From a virus (Duplodnaviria; Caudoviricetes), in IMG/VR virus record IMGVR_UViG_3300023296_000219, positions 1-57,915 of that record: a DNA stretch of 57,915 bases, one strand, 5' to 3'. The notes below the pieces were generated by a model. The model ran no database searches. It was not told where the DNA came from and was given only the letters and a program-made list of their open reading frames with translations. The first letter of the stretch is position 1. Every line of letters starts with the position of its first letter. This document shows positions 28,298 through 37,409 of this stretch, in pieces. The position numbers and the translations under genes are program-made.

Positions 28298-29458
28298 TTA
28301 TTTTAAATTCAAATAAGACAAGGTAGTCCATTTTAGTCTAATTCCGGGGCCGGTAGTTATCGCATCGATAGTGTTTTCAGACACATCAGCTCCACCGTCT
28401 TGATCACTTATTGGCTCCACACCAATCTCTCCGTATGTTCTTAAGCCTGAATCTTCTATTGCATTCCAGGGTAAAGATAGATCGGTTTGAGTAGGAGTTA
28501 CTATGAGGTTACCTGTGACTGCGTTACCAGAATCTGCTAGTATTTGATTTCCTTCATTCGTGGCCACAGTTTCTATCAACGCTTCTATTTCAGCGAACGG
28601 ATTAACATTTTCTTGACGTGGTGATGGTGTAGGTATCGACGAGCCTATAGTCTCATTAAGTTCTTTTACAGATGCTATTAATGCTTTGTATTCTGGTGCT
28701 CTGGCTGCCGATTCGTATTCGTTTCTGGCTTTTTCTATTTCGAGCGATCCTGCAGGCAATGTTGATCGCAACTCATTGAATTTGCTTTGTTTCTCCGCTA
28801 TTTTTCTGTCTGCGTCATTAAGTTTTTTAATTTTTTGTGAGAGAGCTCCTCGTAAGGCTAGTAGCTGTCCGAATGCACTGACTGCGCCCTCTGGAATTTC
28901 TCCCAATAAGTTTGGTCTAGGTATCTTTGGATTACCAAGCACATTGCTAATGAGACTAGTCAGTCCTGCTCTATTAAATGTGTTTATAGCGACTGTCGGT
29001 AATACTATAGTTGATCCGCCACCAGAAGTCAAGGATGATAGCGCAGATGCAAGTGCGGCTGATGCACCTGGACTTAACGAAGCAGATAATGAGCTGGTGA
29101 GGCCGCCTATTACACTGCCAGCGGCTCCTAATAGACCATCTTTAATTGCTTTGCTTGGGTCACCTCCGCTAAACGCTGATGCCGCTAAGCCGCCAAGTGT
29201 GCTTGTTACTGATCCGATACCATCAGCAAGTGCATTGACTGCTCCTGTTGCATTATTGACTACGTTTTCAGCGATTTTTTGTCCGCCAGGTAAATTGCTA
29301 ATACCAGATGCTGATACAGCCGCCGTCGTTGCATTGGTGCCACTCTGTACCAGAGTCGCGGCATTTTGCAAGGTTCCTTGCTGTGTTAATGTTGTCACTG
29401 ATGATGACAAACTACTGACATTGTTTACCGCATTATTAATTGTGTCGTTGGAAGCCAT
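28298..29458 (-). CDS. Ala/Ser/Gly-rich virion-associated protein with coiled coil
   Basis: 386 aa; begins 2 nt after the gp5-like stop with a GGGA SD; composition continues that of the gp5-like C-terminus. Confidence 0.7.
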   Translation of the reverse strand: MASNDTINNAVNNVSSLSSSVTTLTQQGTLQNAATLVQSGTNATTAAVSASGISNLPGGQKIAENVVNNATGAVNALADGIGSVTSTLGGLAASAFSGGDPSKAIKDGLLGAAGSVIGGLTSSLSASLSPGASAALASALSSLTSGGGSTIVLPTVAINTFNRAGLTSLISNVLGNPKIPRPNLLGEIPEGAVSAFGQLLALRGALSQKIKKLNDADRKIAEKQSKFNELRSTLPAGSLEIEKARNEYESAARAPEYKALIASVKELNETIGSSIPTPSPRQENVNPFAEIEALIETVATNEGNQILADSGNAVTGNLIVTPTQTDLSLPWNAIEDSGLRTYGEIGVEPISDQDGGADVSENTIDAITTGPGIRLKWTTLSYLNLK

Positions 29459-29460
29459 TA

Positions 29461-31932
29461 TTATATTCCCAATTTAGTCGATGCTATATCTACAATGTCA
29501 GTAGATGATGGTAGCGATGGTAGCGATGGTAAATCTGCTGAAATCATTCCGCTTGATGCTTCTGCGACTGTGGTGGCCGCGGCAGAAGCCAATTCTGTTA
29601 AGTTCTGGGGGACATTTGCTAACATTGGTTTAAATGAAGCAGTAATAGCCTTGAAGGATGATGCTTGTGCGCCACGAGCGGCATCTAATACAGACCCAAT
29701 ACCTGGAATATTTGCACCGGATATCGTATCTAATGCTTTTGTGATTCCACCCAGACCGCCTGTCAGATTAGATGTCAACGCAGATACAGCACCTTGTCCC
29801 ATCGAATTTATGACAGCTTTTGTGCCGTCTCCAGCATTTAGTAATCCAGATGGATCACTTGTTGCTTTGGATAAAACACTCAGCGTACTTGATACTGTGG
29901 ATGTGAGAGCACCTGATTGTTGGCCGATTAACGAAGTAGCAGTACCAGCCACTGCACCAGAAATTGAACCAGATGATTCTTTGCCTGTTATTGCTCCTGC
30001 GGTCGTTAATAATGATTGACCTTTTTGTAAATTCGTAACCACTGACTTTGCTTGTGTTGCAGGGTTTGCTATTAGTTGATTTAATGAATTAGTTCCACTG
30101 TTTCCAGAGAATGCACTGTTTGGCATGGCGTTAGCGACAGATGCGCCACCTGCTACTAATGCATTCACCATAGTATCTGCTCCAGGTTTAAGAACTCCGC
30201 CCGCTGATAACTGTGACGGAGTCTGTGCAAATGACCCTACTGCCGCGGTTACTACGCCGGTGGCGTTCTTTATCAGTGCTGTTCCTGTCGATACTGCCCC
30301 ATTTGCAATTGAGGTAGCAGAAGTTGCTATTCCGCCTAGCATTGTGGTTGTTGTATTTTTGTCTAATGCTCCGCTAATAGCACCAACTTCTGGAATAGTT
30401 GCAGTGGTTGCCCCTGCTACACCGGCTACCGTTGCGGCACCTGCAACTAGAGCATTAGCACTTGACATTTCAGCCGAGGCTTCTTGTGGTAGTGCCGCAT
30501 CTGCGCTACTATCTACAGTAACATCAACTCCCTGATTAGCGTTCATCCACGGCATGTGAGCAGGTGCCCTGCTCGTAATACTATTCAGTTTTGCAAGAAC
30601 GGCCGCCCAGCCCTTAGTGTCATCAAATAATGTGTCTGGGTGGGCTACTATTTCTATTGGTTCAATTATGTCAGGTGTTAAACTTGCGGCACCATCGTTT
30701 AAGTGTATGATTGCTCCTTCAAGAAATGCATCTGCTTCTGTCTTCAATCCTAATTGTCCAGTAGACGCTACAGCTATTGCGGCATCTGCTTTTATTTTGA
30801 TATTTGCCAAAGAGTATAATGAATAGTCTTCACCAACACGCTGGGTAAATTGCTTATCTGCATTCATTGACATGTTTTCAGTAGCATTAATATTGACATT
30901 TCTTCCTGCATGTAAATTCAAATCATTGTCAGCATGAAAATTAAGATCACCTTGTGTACGAATATTGACAGAGTTTGTAGCAAAGACATCTACTGTTCCT
31001 TCTTTACCTAACTCTATATATGTTTGTCCGTTTGAATGTAAGATAGACAACATCTGCCCATCATCACTCATTAATATTTGATGACCCAATGCTGTCCGCA
31101 ATCTAATTAATTGGTCTCTACCAATGATGTCTCCATCATCCATGACAAGTGAGTGTCCACCACGTCTTGAGGTAACAGTATAATTTTGTGGATCTTTATC
31201 TAAGTTACTAGCAATATCTTCGTCAGTCAATCCACCATCGTAGATAGGACGTCCAGGAGTGCTTACGCCCCAACCTACTCTACTAGACGCTTCTCTTGAT
31301 GCACTTGAACTAATAGGGCCTCTATATGTGTCTCGAAGCACTCCTTGCTGTTGCATAATGGCGGCAGTATAACTATGTATAGGTTTTGGCTCAGTTAAAT
31401 AACTTGCCGTATCTGATATAGCTTTGTTGTTTGAGTTAATGCTAGTTGTAGGAAGTTTTAAGGCACCGCCATATGACTGTGCTTCACCTTCGTTTAAAAT
31501 AACGTTTTCAGAAGAACCAATTGCCGGCACCATAGATAACAGTTCTGGATCTGGGGCTGAGCCGATATAGAATCCGTAGTTAGGGTCGCCGTTAACAAAA
31601 ATACATATAACTTTTGTGCCTTTATCAGGTGGCGAGTTCCATTGTCCATATGCACTTGGGTTACCTACATATCCCCCGAAATCATCATCGGGTCCTTGAG
31701 GTTTAGTATTTCCGAAAAATCCTGAAAGTCTTCTTACAGTTATCCAATTAGTGTTGTCGAATGCACCTTTATCTAAGTTTTCTGAAGGGTAGACTTCTAA
31801 CTGTCCTTGACGAGTAGCATCGACTGAACTCATAACAGTACATATTATAGGTACATCAATGGTTGCGGCTACGCCAGCACCAGGCATACTTTTCTTTAAC
31901 TTGCCTCTTGGCTTATATACGTCTTTAGCCAT
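29461..31932 (-). CDS. baseplate hub/central spike, gp5/VgrG-like
   Basis: N-terminal OB-fold-like D..R.G.L.V...W...PP..GT.V.C.F..GD motif, GH...MDD...RT..GH....D..GQ..I...G repeats and a beta-helix-like stretch; no recognisable lysozyme domain. Confidence 0.8.
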   Translation of the reverse strand: MAKDVYKPRGKLKKSMPGAGVAATIDVPIICTVMSSVDATRQGQLEVYPSENLDKGAFDNTNWITVRRLSGFFGNTKPQGPDDDFGGYVGNPSAYGQWNSPPDKGTKVICIFVNGDPNYGFYIGSAPDPELLSMVPAIGSSENVILNEGEAQSYGGALKLPTTSINSNNKAISDTASYLTEPKPIHSYTAAIMQQQGVLRDTYRGPISSSASREASSRVGWGVSTPGRPIYDGGLTDEDIASNLDKDPQNYTVTSRRGGHSLVMDDGDIIGRDQLIRLRTALGHQILMSDDGQMLSILHSNGQTYIELGKEGTVDVFATNSVNIRTQGDLNFHADNDLNLHAGRNVNINATENMSMNADKQFTQRVGEDYSLYSLANIKIKADAAIAVASTGQLGLKTEADAFLEGAIIHLNDGAASLTPDIIEPIEIVAHPDTLFDDTKGWAAVLAKLNSITSRAPAHMPWMNANQGVDVTVDSSADAALPQEASAEMSSANALVAGAATVAGVAGATTATIPEVGAISGALDKNTTTTMLGGIATSATSIANGAVSTGTALIKNATGVVTAAVGSFAQTPSQLSAGGVLKPGADTMVNALVAGGASVANAMPNSAFSGNSGTNSLNQLIANPATQAKSVVTNLQKGQSLLTTAGAITGKESSGSISGAVAGTATSLIGQQSGALTSTVSSTLSVLSKATSDPSGLLNAGDGTKAVINSMGQGAVSALTSNLTGGLGGITKALDTISGANIPGIGSVLDAARGAQASSFKAITASFKPMLANVPQNLTELASAAATTVAEASSGMISADLPSLPSLPSSTDIVDIASTKLGI

Positions 31933-34100
31933 TAGGTGCCACCTTGATCATCGTTCGGAAAGGCGTATCCGCCTAGGCCGCTGTTGAAGGGACCAAACTG
32001 GCCTTCATTGATATTAGCAGGCAAGACTCCCATGTCTAAGTTATCTGTTCTTGCATCATTTCCGGATCCGGATCTTGGTAAGGCATCAATGTCTGCTCTT
32101 GGATCGCCATCTGGACTTGTGGCCGCATCTGTGAATGTATTAATTACGGCTTTTAATTCTTGTGTAAATTTGCCACCTTCAAATACACTTTTTACCTGAA
32201 TTACTGTGTAACTTACGCCTTTAATTTTTTCTGCGGCCCAGGCTGGGTATTTCCAAAACACAATCGAGTCATTAATATCCATAATTCCTGTTTCGCTATT
32301 ATAATCTACTGCTTCCTTAAAGTCGATTTCGATAAAGACTTGGCCACCGTTAGCATTGATACGAAAACCATCGTCACCGTAAAATCTTTGATATACAGCA
32401 TTGGGTCCGCCTCTTGAATTCGTAACTAGAAAATCTGGGTCGCCCATTAGTTTAATTTTTGCTTCTGCAAATGAATCAGGAGAATACAAACTAGTAATAT
32501 AATTGTTCTGTGCTTCCAAGCCACCTCCTAAACTGTTTAGTGTTGGCATCGCTGTTCTATTTGGCGTAGAAAGTGATGTTTGTGCGTCACCGCCTGTTCC
32601 CTGACCGTCTTTATCGATATCTGGTTTAGCAAGTACTTCATTGTAAAATAAATTATCTAGTAATTGTTCATATGACAAAATTTCTGAGTTCTGTCCAGTC
32701 CACCAGTATTCATATCTTTTGTGTGGACCGTAATAATCCATGCCTGGATTCGTTGTGGCAGAAATTACAACTGGAGTCTGATATGTTTCAAGTTTGTAAG
32801 TAGTTACATATGCCCAATCAGCTACTATTGGATCCCATTTAGCATTAGATATTTCTGGAGTAACATGATACCATGCCACACGTGTACCACCACCTGGGGA
32901 ACTTTCTTGTTTTCCTGTATCTAAATTAGGTGTAGGGTTGTTACTGTATACTACTAGCAATGCATCTCGCATGTAAGAACTATCTTTTAGGAGTTGATCA
33001 AAGACTTCTATCATGGGAGTATCTTCAGTAAACACTACCCGTCTTTGAGCATCATCAGGTACTGCTTTTGCGGCTTCAGCATCATTTGCTTGGTATGTAT
33101 TTTCTATTTCAGGTTGACACCATTTTGATTTGTCTGTGTCTAGTGGATTGATCAATCTTGCATTTTTTAAAGCATCTGCGTCATCACCTATAAATTCAAC
33201 TCTGAATTCATTTGCTATTGTGGCGGTGCCTTTCTCTACAAGAGCAGTTTGTATTTTGTTCAGTTGAGTGAGTAACCCCCTTTTACCAGTTAATGCGTCT
33301 TCGAGCGTTTTCCCACACACTGTCTTAGTTGATTTAAGCCTACCTCTTTTCGTACCGAACACCGAGCCAGGTGCGGCAGATACTCCGGATAACGTGTATC
33401 TAGTTGCAGGTCCATCAATTTTGAATTTTATGCTGTTGATAAGGATATCATAGAATGTTTCGAAGAGATTTGTACCAGACGCCGCAGGATCGATGGGACC
33501 ATCACCATCAGAAAACGTATCATCGCCATCGACGATATTGCCGGACTGATCATATCCCAAGAATTTAATCCCTAATACAAAAAATTGTCTACTTCCGTTC
33601 GATAATAAGCCAAGAGAATATCCGCTATCATTGAAGTATTGTTGTAACGCATCATTTGCTTGTTTTAATTTTGTGGTAAACGAGAAACCGTACGGCTCGA
33701 TAATCTCAAATTGTACTCTGTATGCATTAGATGATGATTGTGTTGCTTTAGCGTTGATTACTTGATCTATTTGCAATTTGTCAATGTAGTAATCCCACTC
33801 AAATCCTGGTATTCGTTGCGAAGTGTTATTGTTTATACCACCTGACTGTGCTACTAAATAGGCTCCGCCGCTTCCCTTTCCTTTTTCGCCACTAGCTTGA
33901 GCTAAGGCATCTATCGAAGTTCTGCCAGTTTGCACAAATGCATCGTATGCATCTGGTGTTATCATATACAATGACAGTTGATAGGTATATGATGCAAGAT
34001 TGGCTAGTGGATTGTGTAATCTTCTGCCCGGAGCATCGGTGCTTCCTGTATCAGCATTAGATTGCGCATTACTACCATTTACTGTTTGATCATCGGACAT
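31932..34100 (-). CDS. baseplate hub protein (gp27-like position)
   Basis: 722 aa with N-terminal NPL...ASYTY..SL, F.I.EPYG and C-terminal GDP.F...Y....V.S.F.GGKF.Q.L; lies between the gp53-like and gp5-like genes. Confidence 0.6.
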   Translation of the reverse strand: MSDDQTVNGSNAQSNADTGSTDAPGRRLHNPLANLASYTYQLSLYMITPDAYDAFVQTGRTSIDALAQASGEKGKGSGGAYLVAQSGGINNNTSQRIPGFEWDYYIDKLQIDQVINAKATQSSSNAYRVQFEIIEPYGFSFTTKLKQANDALQQYFNDSGYSLGLLSNGSRQFFVLGIKFLGYDQSGNIVDGDDTFSDGDGPIDPAASGTNLFETFYDILINSIKFKIDGPATRYTLSGVSAAPGSVFGTKRGRLKSTKTVCGKTLEDALTGKRGLLTQLNKIQTALVEKGTATIANEFRVEFIGDDADALKNARLINPLDTDKSKWCQPEIENTYQANDAEAAKAVPDDAQRRVVFTEDTPMIEVFDQLLKDSSYMRDALLVVYSNNPTPNLDTGKQESSPGGGTRVAWYHVTPEISNAKWDPIVADWAYVTTYKLETYQTPVVISATTNPGMDYYGPHKRYEYWWTGQNSEILSYEQLLDNLFYNEVLAKPDIDKDGQGTGGDAQTSLSTPNRTAMPTLNSLGGGLEAQNNYITSLYSPDSFAEAKIKLMGDPDFLVTNSRGGPNAVYQRFYGDDGFRINANGGQVFIEIDFKEAVDYNSETGIMDINDSIVFWKYPAWAAEKIKGVSYTVIQVKSVFEGGKFTQELKAVINTFTDAATSPDGDPRADIDALPRSGSGNDARTDNLDMGVLPANINEGQFGPFNSGLGGYAFPNDDQGGT

Positions 34101-34417
34101 TATATTCCTAATACTCTCTGGAGCGTGTCTAGTCTCGGTACATAGATTTGTAATCCAGCAACCATATTAAAGTAAGGGTCTGGACCTAGTGCGTTAGGAT
34201 TACGTGATGCAAATACCCACCAAAGTTTAGGATCATTATAAAGATGTTGTGCTAATAGATCAGGTCTAAACTCATATTGAGGCGTGATCGTAAACTCGGC
34301 ATCACTGGAGTCTCTTGGAATCGCAGTATACGGTTCCATTACGTCTAAGAATTTCTTATTAATAATCCCCGATCTATGATATGGACTCGTTTTTGGATAT
34401 ACGTTATTCACTGCCAT
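34100..34417 (-). CDS. baseplate wedge gp53-like/LysM-type protein
   Basis: RPDLLA..LY.D..LWWV...N motif; likely start is the ATG at 34417, coupled to the upstream TAA. Confidence 0.8.
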   Translation of the reverse strand: MAVNNVYPKTSPYHRSGIINKKFLDVMEPYTAIPRDSSDAEFTITPQYEFRPDLLAQHLYNDPKLWWVFASRNPNALGPDPYFNMVAGLQIYVPRLDTLQRVLGI

Positions 34418-35193
34418 TACCACATGCCTCCTGTGTTACGCTGAGATCCACGCAACAGTTTTCCTGAGGCATATTCTTTAAGACTAAAGTTATTACTAAT
34501 TTCATTTCTGCTAACAATGGGTACACATGAGAGAGTTAATGTAATTTTAGTTGGAACATATGTAATTGCGTCATTTTCAGTGTTGGCAAAATCTGCCGGT
34601 GGTTTTGCTCCGCCTGGCTCAATTTGTCCTCCGACTAACCGCAGTTTAGATTCTGAGGTCGCTGTGTTTGTATTGGTTGCTCTAATATAATCTACATCTT
34701 TTGGTAGAGCATATGTAAAGTTAGTGATTGCTATCGGATGATTGTCTAATTGAAATGCACCTAGACCGAAGAAGAATCCCATTGGCGGTGGAGTACCGCT
34801 CTTTGGATTTTCATCTTGACCATAAAACATCTTTGTCATTGACTTAAAGAAATGAATACATGCCAAAAGATAATTTGCTTCAAATGTATCTTGACACGTA
34901 AAGTCAGCAGTGACCGAAATAGAGTCAACTGAACTGTTTATGTATTGTTGAATTAAATAATTTGTGTGTGTAGGTGCTGTAGCATCATAGTTTGCATTAT
35001 ACGAGATATTGATTGTGGGTGTATAGGGAAACACAACACCGTCGGTCGCAATAAGAGGCGATAATATTCCAGGATTCTTTGGATCTTTGTATAGATAGTT
35101 AGCCCCTTGAGCTAACGCCAGTCGGACTCGCCAATCTGCGGCTATTGCTCGTGATTCGGCATTTTGTTGTCCTTCTTGTGCTTCTGCGTCCAT
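34417..35193 (-). CDS. tail tube initiator/baseplate protein (gp48/gp54-like)
   Basis: FPYTP.I...Y.A.Y......H.NY and PPP...F.G.G motifs typical of tube-fold initiators; GGAG SD. Confidence 0.65.
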   Translation of the reverse strand: MDAEAQEGQQNAESRAIAADWRVRLALAQGANYLYKDPKNPGILSPLIATDGVVFPYTPTINISYNANYDATAPTHTNYLIQQYINSSVDSISVTADFTCQDTFEANYLLACIHFFKSMTKMFYGQDENPKSGTPPPMGFFFGLGAFQLDNHPIAITNFTYALPKDVDYIRATNTNTATSESKLRLVGGQIEPGGAKPPADFANTENDAITYVPTKITLTLSCVPIVSRNEISNNFSLKEYASGKLLRGSQRNTGGMW

Positions 35194-35233
35194 TTACTGT
35201 TCTCCGGTTATTATATGAGACATATATATCTTG

Positions 35234-35275
35234 TATAAATAGTAGTCTTACATGTATTTAGCAAAAGCGAAAACC
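35234..35275. promoter_or_regulatory. face-to-face late promoters: TATAAATA (+, 35234-35241) and CTAAATA (-, 35255-35261)
   Basis: Both motifs lie in the divergent intergenic region between the baseplate operon and gp55. Confidence 0.6.
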
Positions 35276-35296
35276 ACCTAAATTTACCCGTACCCA

Positions 35297-35325
35297 TTGC
35301 AAATACGTATGCATTTATGTACAAT
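35297..35325 (+). promoter_or_regulatory. sigma70-type promoter TTGCAA-N17-TACAAT
   Basis: Near-consensus hexamers with a 17-bp spacer upstream of the gp55-like gene. Confidence 0.6.
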
Positions 35326-35370
35326 CAACTATTAGACCTTGACAGGTCTTTAACCAATAAAGGAATATTA

Positions 35371-36309
35371 ATGCCAGCACCAAGAAAAACAGTCAATTAT
35401 TTAAATAACAAGGACATTTTAAAAGAGATTCACAAAAGTAAAACATCATATTGCTATTTTACCAAGAAAGAGTACAATGCATATGATTCCATCATTGATC
35501 TCCCAGACGATACCCTCGAAAAAGCCCTGACTTGGTGCATCAAACCTACCCAACTTAAAGAAGCAAAATTAATGAAGAGCCTTAGGCTTTCGGCAGAGCA
35601 AGGATTGGCTGGAAAAAACAAAATTGACCCAAAAACTATCGAAACTGATGGATTGATGTTTCGGGTAATGACTTGGGAACACATTCCCGTTGCCAAGAAG
35701 CAACCTAGAAAAGTTGTTAAGAAAAAGAAAGCGATTGATATCATCGATTTTGAAAATGATTTAGAACCGAACACAGATTTGTTTGCAGAGAACGAAGATA
35801 AAAAGTCAGATGTAGTTGTTGATGATTTCGTTCATGTTAAGGTCAATTTCCCACCATTTCAACATTATATGTTAGATGCCGAGACAATGACGTTATCCTT
35901 GGTTGGTAAATCTCATTGGACTGGTGGCCTCAAGACAGGTAATTTTACCGCAACAAACGGTAGCCTAACCGATAAACTTGCACGTATGTATATCATGTTA
36001 TGTGAAAAATATGCTATGAAGTTCAATTGGCGTGGCTACACCTACAATGATGAGATGAGACAGAGTGCTATTTTACAATTAACTTATGTAGGCTTACGAT
36101 TTAATGAATCCAAGTCTGCAAACCCCTTTGCATACTATACTGCGGCTATCACCAACAGTTTTTGTAGAGTACTAAACTCAGAAAAACGCAACCAAAACAT
36201 CAGAGATGATATCCTAGAAATGAATGGGTTGAATCCGTCATTCACGCGCCAAATGAAAGATTATAATGGCATGGGACATGAGACCAAACAAGAAACCTAT
36301 TCTGAATAA
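35371..36309 (+). CDS. late-transcription sigma factor, T4 gp55-like
   Basis: N-terminal YLNNKD.L and C-terminal NWRGYTY.DEM...F...KS.NPFAYYT...NSF...EK motif; precedes gp47/gp46 as in T4. Start taken at the ATG after AAGGA. Confidence 0.88.
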   Translation: MPAPRKTVNYLNNKDILKEIHKSKTSYCYFTKKEYNAYDSIIDLPDDTLEKALTWCIKPTQLKEAKLMKSLRLSAEQGLAGKNKIDPKTIETDGLMFRVMTWEHIPVAKKQPRKVVKKKKAIDIIDFENDLEPNTDLFAENEDKKSDVVVDDFVHVKVNFPPFQHYMLDAETMTLSLVGKSHWTGGLKTGNFTATNGSLTDKLARMYIMLCEKYAMKFNWRGYTYNDEMRQSAILQLTYVGLRFNESKSANPFAYYTAAITNSFCRVLNSEKRNQNIRDDILEMNGLNPSFTRQMKDYNGMGHETKQETYSE

Positions 36310-36324
36310 TTCAATTTGGGGAAA

Positions 36325-36370
36325 TAAAGCAACCTAATTAGTTGCTTTACCTACCTGTAAACTGTATAAT
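36325..36370 (+). promoter_or_regulatory. sigma70 promoter TTGCTT-N17-TATAAT with an inverted repeat overlapping the -35
   Basis: -35 at 36342-36347, -10 at 36365-36370; inverted repeat TAAAGCAAC...GTTGCTTTA at 36325-36349. Confidence 0.65.
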
Positions 36371-36392
36371 AGAAGACTGGAAAAAACTAACT

Positions 36393-37409
36393 ATGGAAAA
36401 TCTTTTTAAGAAAGCGGCAGTATTTACGGACATACATTTCGGATTAAAGAGCAATAGCATTCAGCACAATCGAGACTGTGCTGATTTTGTGGATTGGTTC
36501 ATCGAACAAGCTAAAGCAGAAGGGTGTGAAACCTGTCTCTTTTTGGGAGATTGGAATCATCACCGAGCCAATATCAACATGCATACTTTACAATTCGGAT
36601 TAAATGCATTAGAAAAACTCAACGATGCATTTGACACAGTGTACTTCATTACGGGCAACCACGATCTCTATTATAGAGACAAACGAGACATTCATTCAGT
36701 CGAATGGGCAAAACATCTCAAAAATGTTGTCATAGTCGATGATTTTTTAGAAAAAGGCAACTGCGTTATAGCACCTTGGTTATGCGGCGAAGACTACAAG
36801 CTACTTAGAAAGAAAACAGGCAAGTATTTGTTTGCCCATTTAGAACTTCCTTACTTCTACATGAATGCAATGGTTCAAATGCCTGATCATGGTGAAACAC
36901 ATGCTGATCACTTATCGCATTTTGGTACAGTGTTTTCAGGACATTTTCATAAACGACAATATGAAAAGAATGTTTGGTATATGGGCAACGCTTTCCCTCA
37001 CAACTACGCAGATGCAGGCGATGATGCTCGTGGCATGATGATATTAGGGTGGGACGAAGAGCCAATCTTTCGTTCGTGGCCCGGCCAGCCTGTATACAGA
37101 GTTTACAAGCTAAGTGAAATCTTAGAAAACCCTGAAGGATTGCTTGTTAAGAACGCACACATCAAAGTTCACTTAGACATTGATATATCGTATGAAGAGT
37201 CTAATTATATCCGAGAACAACTCATTCCTGAATATGGATTAAGAGAAATGTCACTGATTCCTATAATGAACGAAGAATATACGCAGGATTTATCTCCTGG
37301 CGATATTTCATTCGAGAGTGTTGACTCTATTATCATCGATCAAATAGAAAAAATAGAAAGCGATTTTTACGACAAAGGTATATTACTGGAGATTTATCAG
37401 GCACTATGA
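36393..37409 (+). CDS. recombination endonuclease subunit, gp47/Mre11/SbcD family
   Basis: Metallophosphoesterase motifs DIHFG, FLGDW, GNHD, AHL, SGHFH. Confidence 0.93.
   Translation: MENLFKKAAVFTDIHFGLKSNSIQHNRDCADFVDWFIEQAKAEGCETCLFLGDWNHHRANINMHTLQFGLNALEKLNDAFDTVYFITGNHDLYYRDKRDIHSVEWAKHLKNVVIVDDFLEKGNCVIAPWLCGEDYKLLRKKTGKYLFAHLELPYFYMNAMVQMPDHGETHADHLSHFGTVFSGHFHKRQYEKNVWYMGNAFPHNYADAGDDARGMMILGWDEEPIFRSWPGQPVYRVYKLSEILENPEGLLVKNAHIKVHLDIDISYEESNYIREQLIPEYGLREMSLIPIMNEEYTQDLSPGDISFESVDSIIIDQIEKIESDFYDKGILLEIYQAL

Noticed and set aside
29506-29531. 9-bp tandem repeat (gatggtagc) encoding LPS x3
   Set aside because: Trivial low-complexity linker repeat.
28686-30535. Long antisense ORFs (263, 174, 136 aa) and many similar shadow ORFs elsewhere
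   Set aside because: They mirror Ala/Ser/Thr/Gly-rich real genes whose codon bias suppresses antisense stops, and have no SD or promoter support.
35317-35370. Upstream starts given by the ORF track for gp55 (35317), gp47 (36342) and the HNH-like gene (52954)
   Set aside because: They overlap promoter elements; the downstream ATGs at 35371, 36393 and 52888 have better SD or promoter context.
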